Assembly (NCBI GenBank): GCA_030141605.1
Contig: JAQGDQ010000088.1
Span: 558,001-622,000 of the forward strand
DNA: 64,000 nucleotides
DNA from: Tubiluchus corallicola
Taxonomy: Eukaryota > Animalia > Priapulida
Direction of reading: 5' to 3'
Position 1 is the stretch's first letter; the number at the start of each line of letters is the position of its first letter. The notes beneath the pieces are model-generated. The model was not told the origin of the DNA, ran no database searches, and saw only the letters and a program-made list of their open reading frames with translations. Positions 12,801-24,589 of this stretch are shown piece by piece. Made by a program: the position numbers and the translations under genes.

Positions 12801-15800
12801 TGTAAGATTCTAACGAAATTCATTAAATTAGTAGTTTCACGGCTTTGCTTGTGTAATACAAAAAGACAGCAGTTACAAATTGTTTCTTTTACAAACTAAA
12901 TTCTATTTGTTAGCAGATAAAGAAGCATTAAATTTAAATAAAAGCTATGTTTTTTACACTTTGTTTTTATGGGACACATCAGGTTAAGTTTGCTAAAATA
13001 CGATTTGTGTTATGCCAAACACCTTTTTTGTCGATCCGAATTTACCCCGAACTTTCAAATTTTTAACCAAACGGAATCCAATTTTGCAAACATGACAATC
13101 CAAACAAATTTTCAAAATTGAATTCGAGTTGCCAATCCGAATATATATGATTAACAGCCGAAATGAATGCAAACAGCCGCTTATGTATGTGCCTATTTTT
13201 ACCACACTATTTTTAAAAATTATTAAGCCTGTAATTGTGTTATCTTTCTGGCCAGTTTCTACATCACTGTCCAAATTTCATATTAAAACCTCTAAATTTT
13301 GTTTATGTATTGGTGTATGTTACGGGCTGCAAAGAAGAAAAAAGGGCTGCAAGTATAGTCGTACTAGGTGGTGCTCCATCCACTGCAATTACAAGCATTT
13401 AAGTAGCTGATTAAAGGACACCAGCCCAGGAAAGCTTGGCAGTATGCCAACGCACCTGAAAGTTTTGCTGGGTACTGGCTGAGCACTCTCATATGCTCTG
13501 GCATGATTTTAAGTGCAAGCAGGTATTTACAATGCCATATGCCAGTGAAGTGAAATGACATTGGCAACTGAGAGAAAATACCAGGATAATAGCGAGGCAG
13601 GCAATATGTTAAACAAATTTTGTACATTCTTTTGTACATCAAGCAACACAGTGTCAAAAGACGCAATACAAGCAAAGGTCAACATTCGCTCAAGTATTTG
13701 TAATTCTATTCCCCTGGACTTTAAAACCAAATCACTCAATTATTTTGCTTCAAACTACAAAAACAAACTTACTTCTCTCTATAACTAGTCTTTGGAACTG
13801 TCCACCTAACTAAATTTTATACTATTACTTTCCACTCATGTTGAACTTAACAAACTTTACTAGTTTGGCAATATATGGATGGTAAAATCTCATTTACTAG
13901 CTATATTGAAAGTTAAGACCCCCAACTTACAGTGAAAACTTACCATTTTTTATAGTAGTAATATTGCTATTTTATGTATAATATTGCACTGCTACTTTTG
14001 AAATTGTCCTTTGTGTTGAAATTCTACACCCCAATCACCTGTCAGTCTCAATAGTTTTGTTTTTTTCTTTCTACTGTGCATATATATATTTATATATGTA
14101 TGTGTGTGTGTGTATGTATGTATGTGTGCTTACTGTGTATGTCAACATTATATGTGCTTATCATGTCTTCATGTGCTTATAAGTGTATCCAAAGACATTT
14201 AAAAAAATACAGCAGAGACTTTAGCAAACAAAAATCAATCACTTTTTATGGATGCTCGATCCGCTTACATATAATTGAAATTTACTTCTATTTTTCTGTA
14301 ACAATTAAACTCAAGGCATACGTAGCAAGACAGTTATTTATTCTAAAGCTGGCACACATCAAGTAGCATCACATCTGAAATCTGGAACTATTAGTCTGTA
14401 TCAAGGTATTACACACCTCCTTTCCTCCTAGATGTCTATGACACCATTTAGTAAATGCAGTTTTGTGTGGCAGTACTACTGATTTACATACAGTTTAGAC
14501 AGTGAAAATTTATAAGTGGTAAATACATATGAACGATAAATGTATGGTAAGAGAATGAATAGCACAAGAGTTTACATATGGAAGATGTAACATGGTAGAA
14601 TCGCTAGGGTTTTGCTAAGTCCTAGTTCATTCTGCTACATGAAGAGCGACAAAATCTATTCTTTACTCTTTCTCAACATCTACTACAAGCCCAAATGCCA
14701 GAATTAGCATCATATGTATTCAGAACACACTGACTTTGTGTCTTAAGATGTGCTGTCAATGTCAATGTTTGGTTGTTTGGGTACTCCCAGACCCTCTGCC
14801 TCATAGGCCGTGGGCGCCCTGTATTCAGCTGTCGACCCATCTACTCCTCCTCCGTCACATAGTCACTACTGCAGGTTGACGTGTTCCTGATCTGCTGGCT
14901 GGTAGATATCTACATCGTGATTCAGAGTCTCCTTCCTCCGCGACAAAACATTGCACATGGTTGTTTCCATTGAAAGTGTCTGGTCCTAATCATCCAAGAG
15001 TGACTTCTTGCATGGCCGTAATTACTGTTTTGTGCCTCATGACTAACTTTGAATTTCTTGGCATTTTGAACATACCTTCTCTGTTAAATGACGTTCACTC
15101 AATGAGATAATTTTGTACGAGTCAGCTAGTCGGGTCAGACTCTGAGGCATCCTTGACCAATCTGGATGTAACAGCATTTGGTAAATCGTCTGTATTATAG
15201 AACTGATACAGATTTCATTTTTGTTATCAATTACCACATCCAATTTTTGCCTTTTCATATAGGTATTGACTGGGAGAGGACATGGAATGAGTAATCACAA
15301 ACATTCTACTTTCCAGCAAAGTATTTCATCCTATATTAAAATCGCTATTTTTAGATTTAGATCAACGGCTGATGATAGATGTAGGAACACCGATGTTCAT
15401 GCACTATGGCGTATGTGAGAAATCCTGCTCTGTTTCTGAGAAACGCTTTTTTCACACTCGGTGAGTGGCCAGCTAGTATGACCCTTACGGACCCAGTTGC
15501 AGTCATCCTTAACTTGGTACTGGCAGGAGCTGATGCCTTTAGGCTTTGTGTCTGCGACAGGGATAATCTTTTTTCTGGGTCAAAAGGTATCAATGCTACA
15601 CCACTACACATCATGCTGATTATTTCTTATTGGGCATTTTGCAATTTTCGCATTCTTGACTCCAAGGAAACTTGCCATTTTTCTTCGTCAACTTACATAG
15701 CAGTCTTGTGGCTTGTGTGAACATTGATGGCATAGACATGAAGCATCTATTTAACTAGCATACCCGCAAAAAGGTTTTGACAACTTCACAACTAATTAGC

Positions 15801-18505
15801 CTGCCTGCACCTTTTATGGCTCTGATAAGATTTTGTTTTGATTTGTGGATATTCTCGAGCCAGAGAAGACCTAGCCAAACTATGCGATTGAAGCCTTCTC
15901 AAAATTATTCTTCTTTCTGTTTAATGTCAGATCTTTTTCGAAGCCACTGCAGACAGACCTCAAAGTATTGTGGTGTTCCCCAGATCAAGACATTATCATC
16001 AATCTATATACAACCTTTTAGTTCAGGCAATGTTTTCTTAATTTTTGCATGGAACAAATCTGGTGTTGTTGTTGGGTCAAAATACAAAACCTTGAACCTT
16101 CTTCATACAAAATGTTTAAATTTCTCTAGATTTCTTGGTTCGCACAAGTTCGTGAAATTCTTGAGACTTGCTGACCTTGCTGATTACTCTGGCATCTTTC
16201 AAAAGAAGTCTTCCCCATTAAATTATCCCAACATGTGTTTTTGTTGATTTTGATCAGCACTGTAGCTATTTGTACACTATTCTGTGTGGGTGGCCTGACG
16301 CAATAATTTCCAGGTGCATAAATTACCATACTAGTAATGAAGGCATTGGTAAATGTGTAAGTGCTTGTATGCACTGTTAAACACAGACAATATTATTAAT
16401 ATGCTTGACAGTATGTTTTTCTGTGTTGGTACCCATTAAACAAGAAGTCTATCAATGATTATGAAATGAAGCCATAAATTTCTATTAATTTTTACTTGCA
16501 TAATTTGTTTAGAATCGTATGTTGTACAAAGTATCTCGATTCACTTGCATACAAGGCTTTGGAGCCCAATTCACATTTAGCTTAAATGTTTTTTCCGGTT
16601 CATTGTACAATACAAAAGTGTGCTCGTGGGCAGGAATATGAACTGGCCTCCTCCTGTAATTTCACTTTTTATCATGCAATATACTTTTATCTGTATGATC
16701 TAGCTTGGAACACAATGTTTAGATGCCTTATAATACAATTACTGCAAATAGATGCTTCACTAAATTATCTGCTTTGCTTTTTTGACACTACATTCAAGTC
16801 TAACATTTTGATATTTAACCTAACACGTAAACTTGCTTCTAAATATTAGCTGTGTCTTAAATATTGTATATTACAAGCTCTGCATTCACATGTTTGGAGC
16901 CCTAAATCTAGCTCTGCAATTTTAACTAGCTATTTATTACAAGTGCAAATGGTTGGGAAGGAATTTTAATGCAAAGTTCTGTCAAATTTATCTACCTTAC
17001 AAAATTAAGAAAGCCAGGATAAGCCACAAATATGGCATATTCCGTTTTCACTTGTTCTAGTGTGAAGATATTACGTGAGCTTATGGAGGCATTTACGCAA
17101 ATATTTAAAATTACTGCAAGGGAAATAGCCTGAGTTTAGACCGATAGGTAAGAAAGGTTATCAGCAGTGATTAATTATACTGTAACAGCCTTGGAAGAGC
17201 AAAAAAGCAACCTTGGCTGCAGTGATTAATTATACTGTAACAGCCTTGGAAGAGCAAAAAAGCAACCTTGGCTGCACAGGCTGGCCAGTCTGCTGCTGCT
17301 TATCAGTAACTTAGAATATTCAAAAGCTACTAGTTTGATCATTCAATTCCAGGATTAAATAAATAAATTCTTACACGTCTCACTAATGTCTAGTAGACGA
17401 AAATGAATATTGATGGAAATAAATGTGGGTAGTAAATTTATCAGTGTACATTTTCAGGATAGTTGTCTTGTTAAAGAAAACAAAGTTTATCAGCTCTTGT
17501 TAGATCATGTCAGAAGTAACACTAACAGTGATAACAGTATAAATGAACAAGTCAGGAAATCTTAATACTTTAGTACAATAACCGTCATATAAAAAATTAT
17601 ATTTAGTTATCAGAACAATTTTACATAGTTCACAATCACCGATAACTTAAAACATTTCAAACATTGCAAAGTTTATAATATGTTTCAGTTGGAATGTTTT
17701 GCATTCTATTAATATTACAAGAAAGCTCGGTTTGGCTTTGGCAGAAAATTTAGTTCAGTATTCCAATTTAATTTGATATTTTATTAGGAATTTGTTTCGG
17801 TAGCTGGCAATCATTTGGCTAAGCTTAGGTTTGGTGGAACCCAATCATAAAAAATTTGGCTTCGGTTCAGTTGATCAAAATAAGCATTCGGTGCACTCCC
17901 ACATTAAATGTTGGTCTACTGTACCACATTTTTTGAGTTTCCATACTTTTCATTGTCTCCGATTCGATCGACCAAGCATATAGTATTGATTGCCGATCAA
18001 CAAATGCCAAATCTGACGTGCCTAATTTCATAGGAGCACTGCTTCAAATAAAAAGTTAGTATAATTTTTTATCACAAAAAAGAATACCTAATATAAATTC
18101 ACTATGAAAATCATTAGAGAAATACGGTACTTTCAAAAGTGCTAACTATGATACCTGCAACATGGTAACGATGTGGCAAGGGTTCAGCAGAAATATCAAT
18201 GACTTTGAAGCAAACTTGAATCCCAGCTCAATTCCAAATGCAAGACACAGACTAAAAAGCAGAAATCTCATCCACGATTCCTCTTTTCTAGTCATCACAT
18301 GTAATGATTCATAATAGACAATCTCTTTTAGACTTGTAGATTTCTTTAGCAATTGTGTTATGCCCAAGAAAGCAATATATGCACCCAATGCAGTTCCAAA
18401 TGTTATTTCAAAAAATCGCTGTTTAATACCGCTAAACTGAACACATTCAACACCACCGGTGCCAGGTATGCTTGGGTCCACACCCGAATAAAACCAGTCG
18501 TACAT
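6826..18505 (-). CDS. TMEM164: Transmembrane protein 164 (AIG1/ADTRP-like fold; arachidonoyl ether-phospholipid acyltransferase), complete, 298 aa
   Basis: Exons 18155-18505 ([18 protein letters not shown]...[27 protein letters not shown]), 12406-12522, 10775-10853 ([12 protein letters not shown]), 8599-8699, 7743-7857 ([23 protein letters not shown]) and 6826-6959 (ending ...KEKKSE*). Total 897 nt, all GT-AG and in phase. The NPCH and YYIQH catalytic motifs are retained. Confidence 0.95.
9706..10600. mobile_element. Kolobok-like non-autonomous DNA transposon in TMEM164 intron
   Basis: Left end TTAA-CGGTCCTATGACAC; right end GTGTCAGTAGACCT-TTAA (reverse complement TTAA-AGGTCTACTGACAC). These are degenerate TIRs with TTAA at both ends. 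Internal palindrome TGTGACGTCACA at 9881-9892. Confidence 0.55.
10956..11566. mobile_element. hAT-like MITE (CAGGG..GATCC termini, G/C-rich subterminal runs)
   Basis: Starts CAGGGACAGATCCAAGATTTTTAGAAAGGGGG and ends CCCCCTCCCTGGATTTGCTTTTG. Degenerate inverted termini; GC-rich relative to flanks; no clean TSD. Confidence 0.55.
13600..14060 (+). mobile_element. 3' end fragment of an L2/Crack-group LINE
   Basis: [12 protein letters not shown]...[28 protein letters not shown] resembles the typical ORF2 C-terminus (W-N-S-I-P...F-K..K) of this group, followed by 3'UTR-like sequence. Confidence 0.45.
14760..16380 (-). mobile_element. Heavily decayed Ty3/Gypsy LTR retrotransposon pol remnant (RT, RNase H, integrase pieces)
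   Basis: Minus-strand peptides [53 protein letters not shown] (RT), [37 protein letters not shown]...[11 protein letters not shown] (connection/RNase H) and VVID (integrase). Many stops and frameshifts. Confidence 0.75.
17164..17276. repeat. Perfect tandem duplication, 55-bp unit x2
   Basis: GCAGTGATTAATTATACTGTAACAGCCTTGGAAGAGCAAAAAAGCAACCTTGGCT at 17164 and 17219, identical. Confidence 0.95.
17720..17901. mobile_element. Fragment of hAT-like MITE with TTCGG subterminal repeats
   Basis: Repeated TTCGG/TTTGG motifs ending in ATTCGGTGCACTCCCA, a TAGGG-TGCACCGAAT-type terminus; no partner end identified. Confidence 0.35.
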
Positions 18506-19149
18506 TTTGTAACTCAGATATATTCAGATAGAGAAAGAAAAGCCAATACAGTGACATTAGTCTTGCGCGTGTAGTGTTTGCTATGTTACACAACAGTTTT
18601 AATAGTGCAGCATTTTTAATATGATATTCTGAGCTAATAAAAAGTGACACAGACAGGAAATTGAGAAGAGATTGAAGCTGTGAATTGTTTTATTGATCGC
18701 TCTTAATTCCTGTCATTGAGAATGTTTTCCATATTAATGTTATTCTGAAATAAAAAGAAAAGCTGGAATTAGTTATAAAAAGGTGGAATAAAAAATACGA
18801 AGGAAGAAAAATGTCGACCTTGGCATGCCACACTGCAATAAATTTCTTAATATTTATTTTAGCTATATTTTGTGAAAAGCTTAAGAAAGTTTAAGAAATG
18901 TGGGTCTGTTACATCACTAGCCAACAACTTTGAAAGCAACATTACATAAGTGAAGCCTCAAGACAAAATAATTTAAACAAAGATAAACCGTTTTGGGTCC
19001 ACTTGCAGATTAGGTGGTTCACTGTTTATTGCATATATATATATATTACACACACACACGTACCCGCACACACATATAACAGCCATATTTTAAAAATAGT
19101 TATATTTAAAACGTATCCACAGCAGCTACAACTGTCATGGAATTCTTAC

Positions 19150-19386
19150 TTTTCCCTAATCCTAACACAGAAATGAATATTCAAACCTAATGAATCAATT
19201 TTAGATAGGAATATAGTATAAGGTAGTAAATAAAAAATCCGACTCTGTCAATCGATGCAGAATTTGTTGTTGTATTAAAGCAAATTAATAATGATCAATT
19301 ACGAATTGGTGATGCCTCTCAGACAGCATTTCGAAAGAGAAACTGTAATTTCAAAGTAGCAAAGATAGAGGACGCCACTGGTGAGT
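19150..19386. promoter_or_regulatory. Putative bidirectional promoter with non-coding first exons of TMEM164 (-) and CLNS1A (+)
   Basis: Minus-strand donor AAA|GTAAGA at 19144-19149 and plus-strand donor CTG|GTGAGT at 19381-19386 face outward about 230 bp apart. ATTGG (CCAAT) at 19305-19309 and local CpG enrichment. Both coding first exons are preceded by acceptors (18634 and 27477). Confidence 0.5.
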
Positions 19387-20082
19387 AAACACTGCAAAAC
19401 CTTATTTACTAAACCGTTGCTTGTTTCTACGCTGTGGCACCTAGTATAGATAAAAAGGATCGCTTTCTGGAAGCTCGAAAATGAAAACATTTCGGTACAA
19501 AGTTGGCTTCATTTGCTTTCGCGACTCCAACAACACCTTTTAAATTTTTTTTAAATATGAGGTAGATGGTTATTTCCTTTACATCAGTGTTTGGGTAAAG
19601 GATGCATCTTTCTATTGGAGCGATATTTGGGCACCTCTACTGCAAACTAAGCCGATTTTAAAATTTGACAGATCATTCTTGGTAATTACTAACTAAAGCA
19701 AGAATTGGAACTCTGAATGTGACAACCCTTTTTATAAAGAGAATTGATTAAAATAAATCATAGTAAAATTAGGGTCACCGTTATTATATTACTTAGTAAT
19801 GCAGTTGTGATAATCATCATAACCATTATGTTTAAAACAAAAATGCTAATTTACGCCAGATTTTGTTTGAAATTTTCAACGTATGCGTTAAAATCTGCTC
19901 AAATTTGCTAATGATAACAGTATAATAAAATATGACAATGACGTTCGACTTTCTTCTATTTTCTTTTCTGTTTATTTTTAGGCGGCAATATGGGAAACTT
20001 TTTTGCAACACTATGGTTTTAGAGTAGTTTCTGTCTCTGTGCGCGCCACTGCTTCCATTTTTTCAATCAGTTTTCACTCATT

Positions 20083-20191
20083 TAGGGGTGAGCATTCTCC
20101 ACCAGAAAACGAATTCGAAAGCGAATCAAATTTGCGACTTTCGTACTCGAATGAAATCGAATTTCGAATTCGAATTTAGTTTTCATCTTAG
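20083..20191. mobile_element. Short MITE-like element with GAATTCGAA internal repeats
   Basis: TAGGGGTGAGCA ... TTTTCATCTTA degenerate inverted ends enclosing repeated (T)TCGAA/GAATTC motifs. Confidence 0.45.
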
Positions 20192-20199
20192 GCGCTTCT

Positions 20200-21400
20200 G
20201 TTCTGCAAAATAGCACCACTCATAATTGTTGCCATGTTTCCCGATCTGCTGTGGCATGCCAGGTATTCACGTTTTTTAAGTCAATTGGAGTATTTAATAA
20301 GAATTCTTCAGAATATTTATATATGTGATCAGCTGTCCTCCTCTTGGTTTCTTTCCAGGTATTAGTGCTTGATGTAATGCTGTAATAAGTGGAGAATCTT
20401 GCTGTAATCCAAATTTCCAATGGCATGTCTAATCCATCAAAGCTGATGTTTCTGCATGACCTCACTCCATTCCTTCTTCTTCATTATATCACATAACTTG
20501 AGATTTTCTTTGGACATTTTATATCCAGCATCTTTCTGTACTGGCATCTCTAGAAAGCATTGATCTCATTTTTCTGGGCCACTGCATGTAAGTTTTTTCA
20601 TGGGATGCACATCTTCTCTGGTGACTTTAACAAGGACCGCCATTCTCTTAACAGTATCAAATGTTTTGAACATGTCCAACAAAAGTAGATGAATAGTATT
20701 GTCAAAAGACGCAACAGCTTTTTCAGCTACAATTTTACAAGTTTGCACTAACTCAGTCCTGTTTCTTCCCGGCTGATAAACAGCTTGACTTGCAAAAATT
20801 TGCACTCTGCTTGTTGATATTCTTCATATTGTGAAACACTGACCCCGGTTTTTACTGATGGTGCAACATGTAGAATAACTGTATATCTTGTTTCATTGCA
20901 ACAAAAATTCTCTCTACGCACAGTGGTTATAAAAGCAACAAACAATTTATTAAGAAACATTGCACTCGAAAAAACATAACCTTGAACATTGCTCTCTTTA
21001 GATCAGCAAAACTTGCATACCTTGAGAGAATTGAGCTGTAAATCACATGACTAGAGTTTCAAGTTACTACTGGAAGGTATATAATATTCATGCCCTGATA
21101 ATTAAGAAATTATAATCATTATTTTCATCTTCTATCTCACAAGTTGGTTCTCAAATAGTTCATCAATCATATCACCATTTTGTTCTATTACAATTTCCAG
21201 AACAACAGAGCAATAGCAGTTTTGTCCAGTTATGTAGTGATGTGTGTACTTCATAATTGGCATTTATAGCAATCTTAGGAAAGTTCTTGCACTATGAAAT
21301 CCCACATTTAATATACTGTCCCCTCAATATCATAAACTATGTCCTTCCTGAACCATCGAACTAATTAAAAGTACAATGTCACAATTACAAGTACGCTTTT
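20200..21400 (-). mobile_element. Decayed RTE-like LINE remnant with internal deletions
   Basis: Minus-strand IHLLLLDMFKTFDTVKR (RT motif LDxxKAFDxV) at about 20640-20700, and C-terminal ...WHATADRETWQQL* typical of RTE ORF ends. Confidence 0.6.
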
Positions 21401-24059
21401 TATTTTTTCCCATAAAGTAATTATGCTAGAATGTCCTAGCTATTTGCCAAAGTTTAAAAGTTCATGGGATGTGTGGTTTGTAAACATTTATAGAATTTAA
21501 ACATTTTTTTCGTTTCGTCTTATCCTCCAGTCTTCTTTAAAGTCACGACATACAGGAGTGTGTAAAAGGCAACATAGGCCCTCATATAAAATGTCTAAGA
21601 TTAATACGTTTTATCCAATAAATTAGCTGTAGTTACATGTAGCCTAAATATGTAACTGAAAATACGTAACTGAAAGTTAGATAAAGCACTACATGTTATT
21701 GTTTCTGTAGACACAAAGCAGTTATTGCAATGTAACTAGTAAACTTCACATTGTTCCAACATAAGATATACTGCAATATATGCATGTTCGGGAACCCATT
21801 GTTACTTTCCGTTAACGTCCACTAATTGTAATTAAAGAGACTAAAAATAGCATTTTATTTTGTTACAGTACAACAGCTACATTCATTAATATTGGGCACA
21901 AATTTTAACATAAAGCTGTATTAATTATAAACGATTATTTGGAAGAGCTAAAAATTCATAATTGCATGCCACTGAGACAGTTAACGCCATGTGGAATAGA
22001 AGCTCTTATTATCACAATTAGTGTGATTGGTCTACTATACTGATGCCATTTAGTTGTATTAATGTCACAATGGTGTGTTGAAGGCAAAATTTAATATGCT
22101 TTGAGAACAAATACAAAATACAACAAATGTATTTATGTAATATGGGAAATACACTAGTTAGCAAAAGTATTACAATAAATATATTATTTTACTGAAAAAT
22201 TAGAAAAACTGAAATACATGACATTGTATGCAATTCAGTTTTTTCAATTCAATTTGATTGGCAATAATGTATTATAATTATGAAAATTTCAGTAAATCTG
22301 TTTGACTTAACTCTGAAATATCACACATGTTTGCTGTAATGTTTACTCTAATAAGAAATTATGTGCAAACTACAAGGAAATAATTTTAACCGATAATCTA
22401 AATGATTAAAACATCACCAGAATTATGATAAAACATCAACTTCTTATGCTCAATTCTCTTTTGAAGAGATCTGCAGCTAGCTTGCCTTCATTGCAATACC
22501 TGATTAGGATCTTTTATATTTAGGCCTACTGTCTATGCCCTGCAAAACTGCTTTCAGTTTGTATGGACGATTCGTATGAAATGAAATCTTTAAAATTGTT
22601 GTCACTAAGATTAATAAATTTTTGTATTAACATGATGTAACTTTGAGGCTCTGTGGAGACATAAAGTCAAATGAATTGGAGTTTTATTTAAATTGCTTAG
22701 ATTTCTTCTACTGCTAAATCTAGAGAGTGAGCGCCTGTCGCGTGAGTCTTCAAATTGTTTGTAGAAGTCGAACAAAAAATAAATTACCAAAGTTTACTCT
22801 TGATTTTATCTCAAGTAATTCCATTTTGAGACATTAATGCTATTTTATCCATTATCCTAATTTTTTTTCTATTTTTTTGAAAATAGGGGCAAACTTATCA
22901 GTGATAACCGCCTTCAAACCTGAAAGTGATTTTTCTTGGCATCTATATAGTTAGTAGGGTTTAGCATGCTAACATTGGACATAGACATTTGGTCGGCATT
23001 GTCAGACGACCGGCCAGTGACTTGTAAAATTTTAATATTATATTATTTTATTTTAATTATTTTCTGTTTTTGGAATTATGAATATGACAACTCTGGCATA
23101 ATTGTGCGCCACAATCCAGATCCCTATTGATTTTGGCCCTGCTATCGAGTATTTGATATGGTGGATCACTCCTAAGCTTCGTCTGCTGTCACTAGTAAAT
23201 TATTGTGGAATAAGTTAATTTTATCATAACAAAATTCATTCAGTGAAATACCAGACAATCTTGGATGCACTTTAAATCTTGAAAGCTGAATAATTCAATT
23301 TTATTTTTTCAATAGCAGTTAAAATTCGACATAATTATTTTTACATTTCATTGCAACTGAGAATTAAGCTGAATAAGAAACCAAATGCTGCAAGTTGTCC
23401 AGGTCTTCTTGTTTTTAGAAACTAATTAATTTACTTAATATTGTTTCATGTTTATATATATAAATACAGGAGAAGTACCATGGAATAAAATGCATCTATG
23501 TCTGTTTACTCAAAAATGTTAAATAGTTACTGATGATTACAGTATAATTTTTTTTTAATATCACCACTTCATCATAACCGTCATAATCGTATTCATTATC
23601 ATCAGCATTATAAATAAACATGCTTATGTTCCTAATAAGCAATGCAGTTTTGCGTGATAATCAGATTTTTTGCCTACCCTTTGTATTATTAGTGATTAGT
23701 TTAAACTATCTTTAAACTTTTCTCACCTCATTTTCAATGTTATGTTCCCAGATGATATTTTTTATGAAACTTGTACATTGTCTGGCACAGTAAGTTGTTT
23801 ATATTAAATTTTAGTTGAGGTTGGGCTGATCATGTACATTTACATTAGTGGAGGCAATGGTAAAAATAAGTACTAAGCTTCTGACTGGGTGCTATATAAT
23901 TATTTGATTTTATTTCACTGACATCATTGCTCAGTCTAGTAGTAACTAGTCACTAAACTATTACTTGTGCTGAAATTCAATGGCAAATGTGAAGTCTGGA
24001 TGATATTATAATGTAAATTAAGCATTATAAAGCCACAGAAAAAACATTTTTTAAGATAA

Positions 24060-24120
24060 TTTATTTATTCGGTCAAATGGACTGATGTTTCGATCCGATT
24101 TTAGCTATCCTCAGCGGTTT
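24060..24120 (-). other. Penelope-LTR-like terminus with degenerate minimal hammerhead ribozyme motif
   Basis: Minus strand reads ACCG-CTGAGGA-TAGCTAAAATCGGATC-GAAA-CATC-AGTC...GAATAAATAAA: CUGANGA and GAAA core boxes followed by AATAAA. Stems are imperfect. Confidence 0.4.
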
Positions 24121-24589
24121 TAATGTTTTGTTGAATTATCTTCAACCTTAGAAGAGTTTTTATGTTGCCATCACTGCACTTCTAAAATGAGTTTAACAGA
24201 TAATAAATTTAATGGTTATTAACTTATTGCAGAATAATTATTTCGAATACATGCACGAGCACGAAATGCAAAATGAATCACATTCACAGCATTATTAAAT
24301 TAATAGGCCTAAAGTGTATTTCTACAGGATAGCATACACTAACATAGTGGGCATAGAAATGCCTGCTGGTCTTCGAGCGTTGAAGTGAACAACAAAAATG
24401 TTCTATTTTTATCTAGTCGTCCATGTAATTTTTTTATCGCACACCCGGATATCGGGAATTTTTTTATCTTGAATTATATATTTTTTGTGCTTTCATAAGT
24501 ATACTTACCTGTCAGAGTTATATAAAGGGGTATTTTTTTAATTTAAAATTTATATAAAATGCAGTAATCATTATAGCATCGTTTTTTTC

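Noticed and set aside
15777-16247. Longest ORF in the track (156 aa, + strand)
   Set aside because: It is the antisense shadow of the decayed Gypsy RT on the minus strand and has no recognisable motif.
18146-18154. TMEM164 donor GTATCATAG as a U12-type intron
   Set aside because: It does not match the U12 consensus GTATCCTT, and no TCCTTAAC branch site is seen near 12523.
22390-23420. Possible decayed coding or transposase sequence
   Set aside because: No recognisable motif in any frame I could read.
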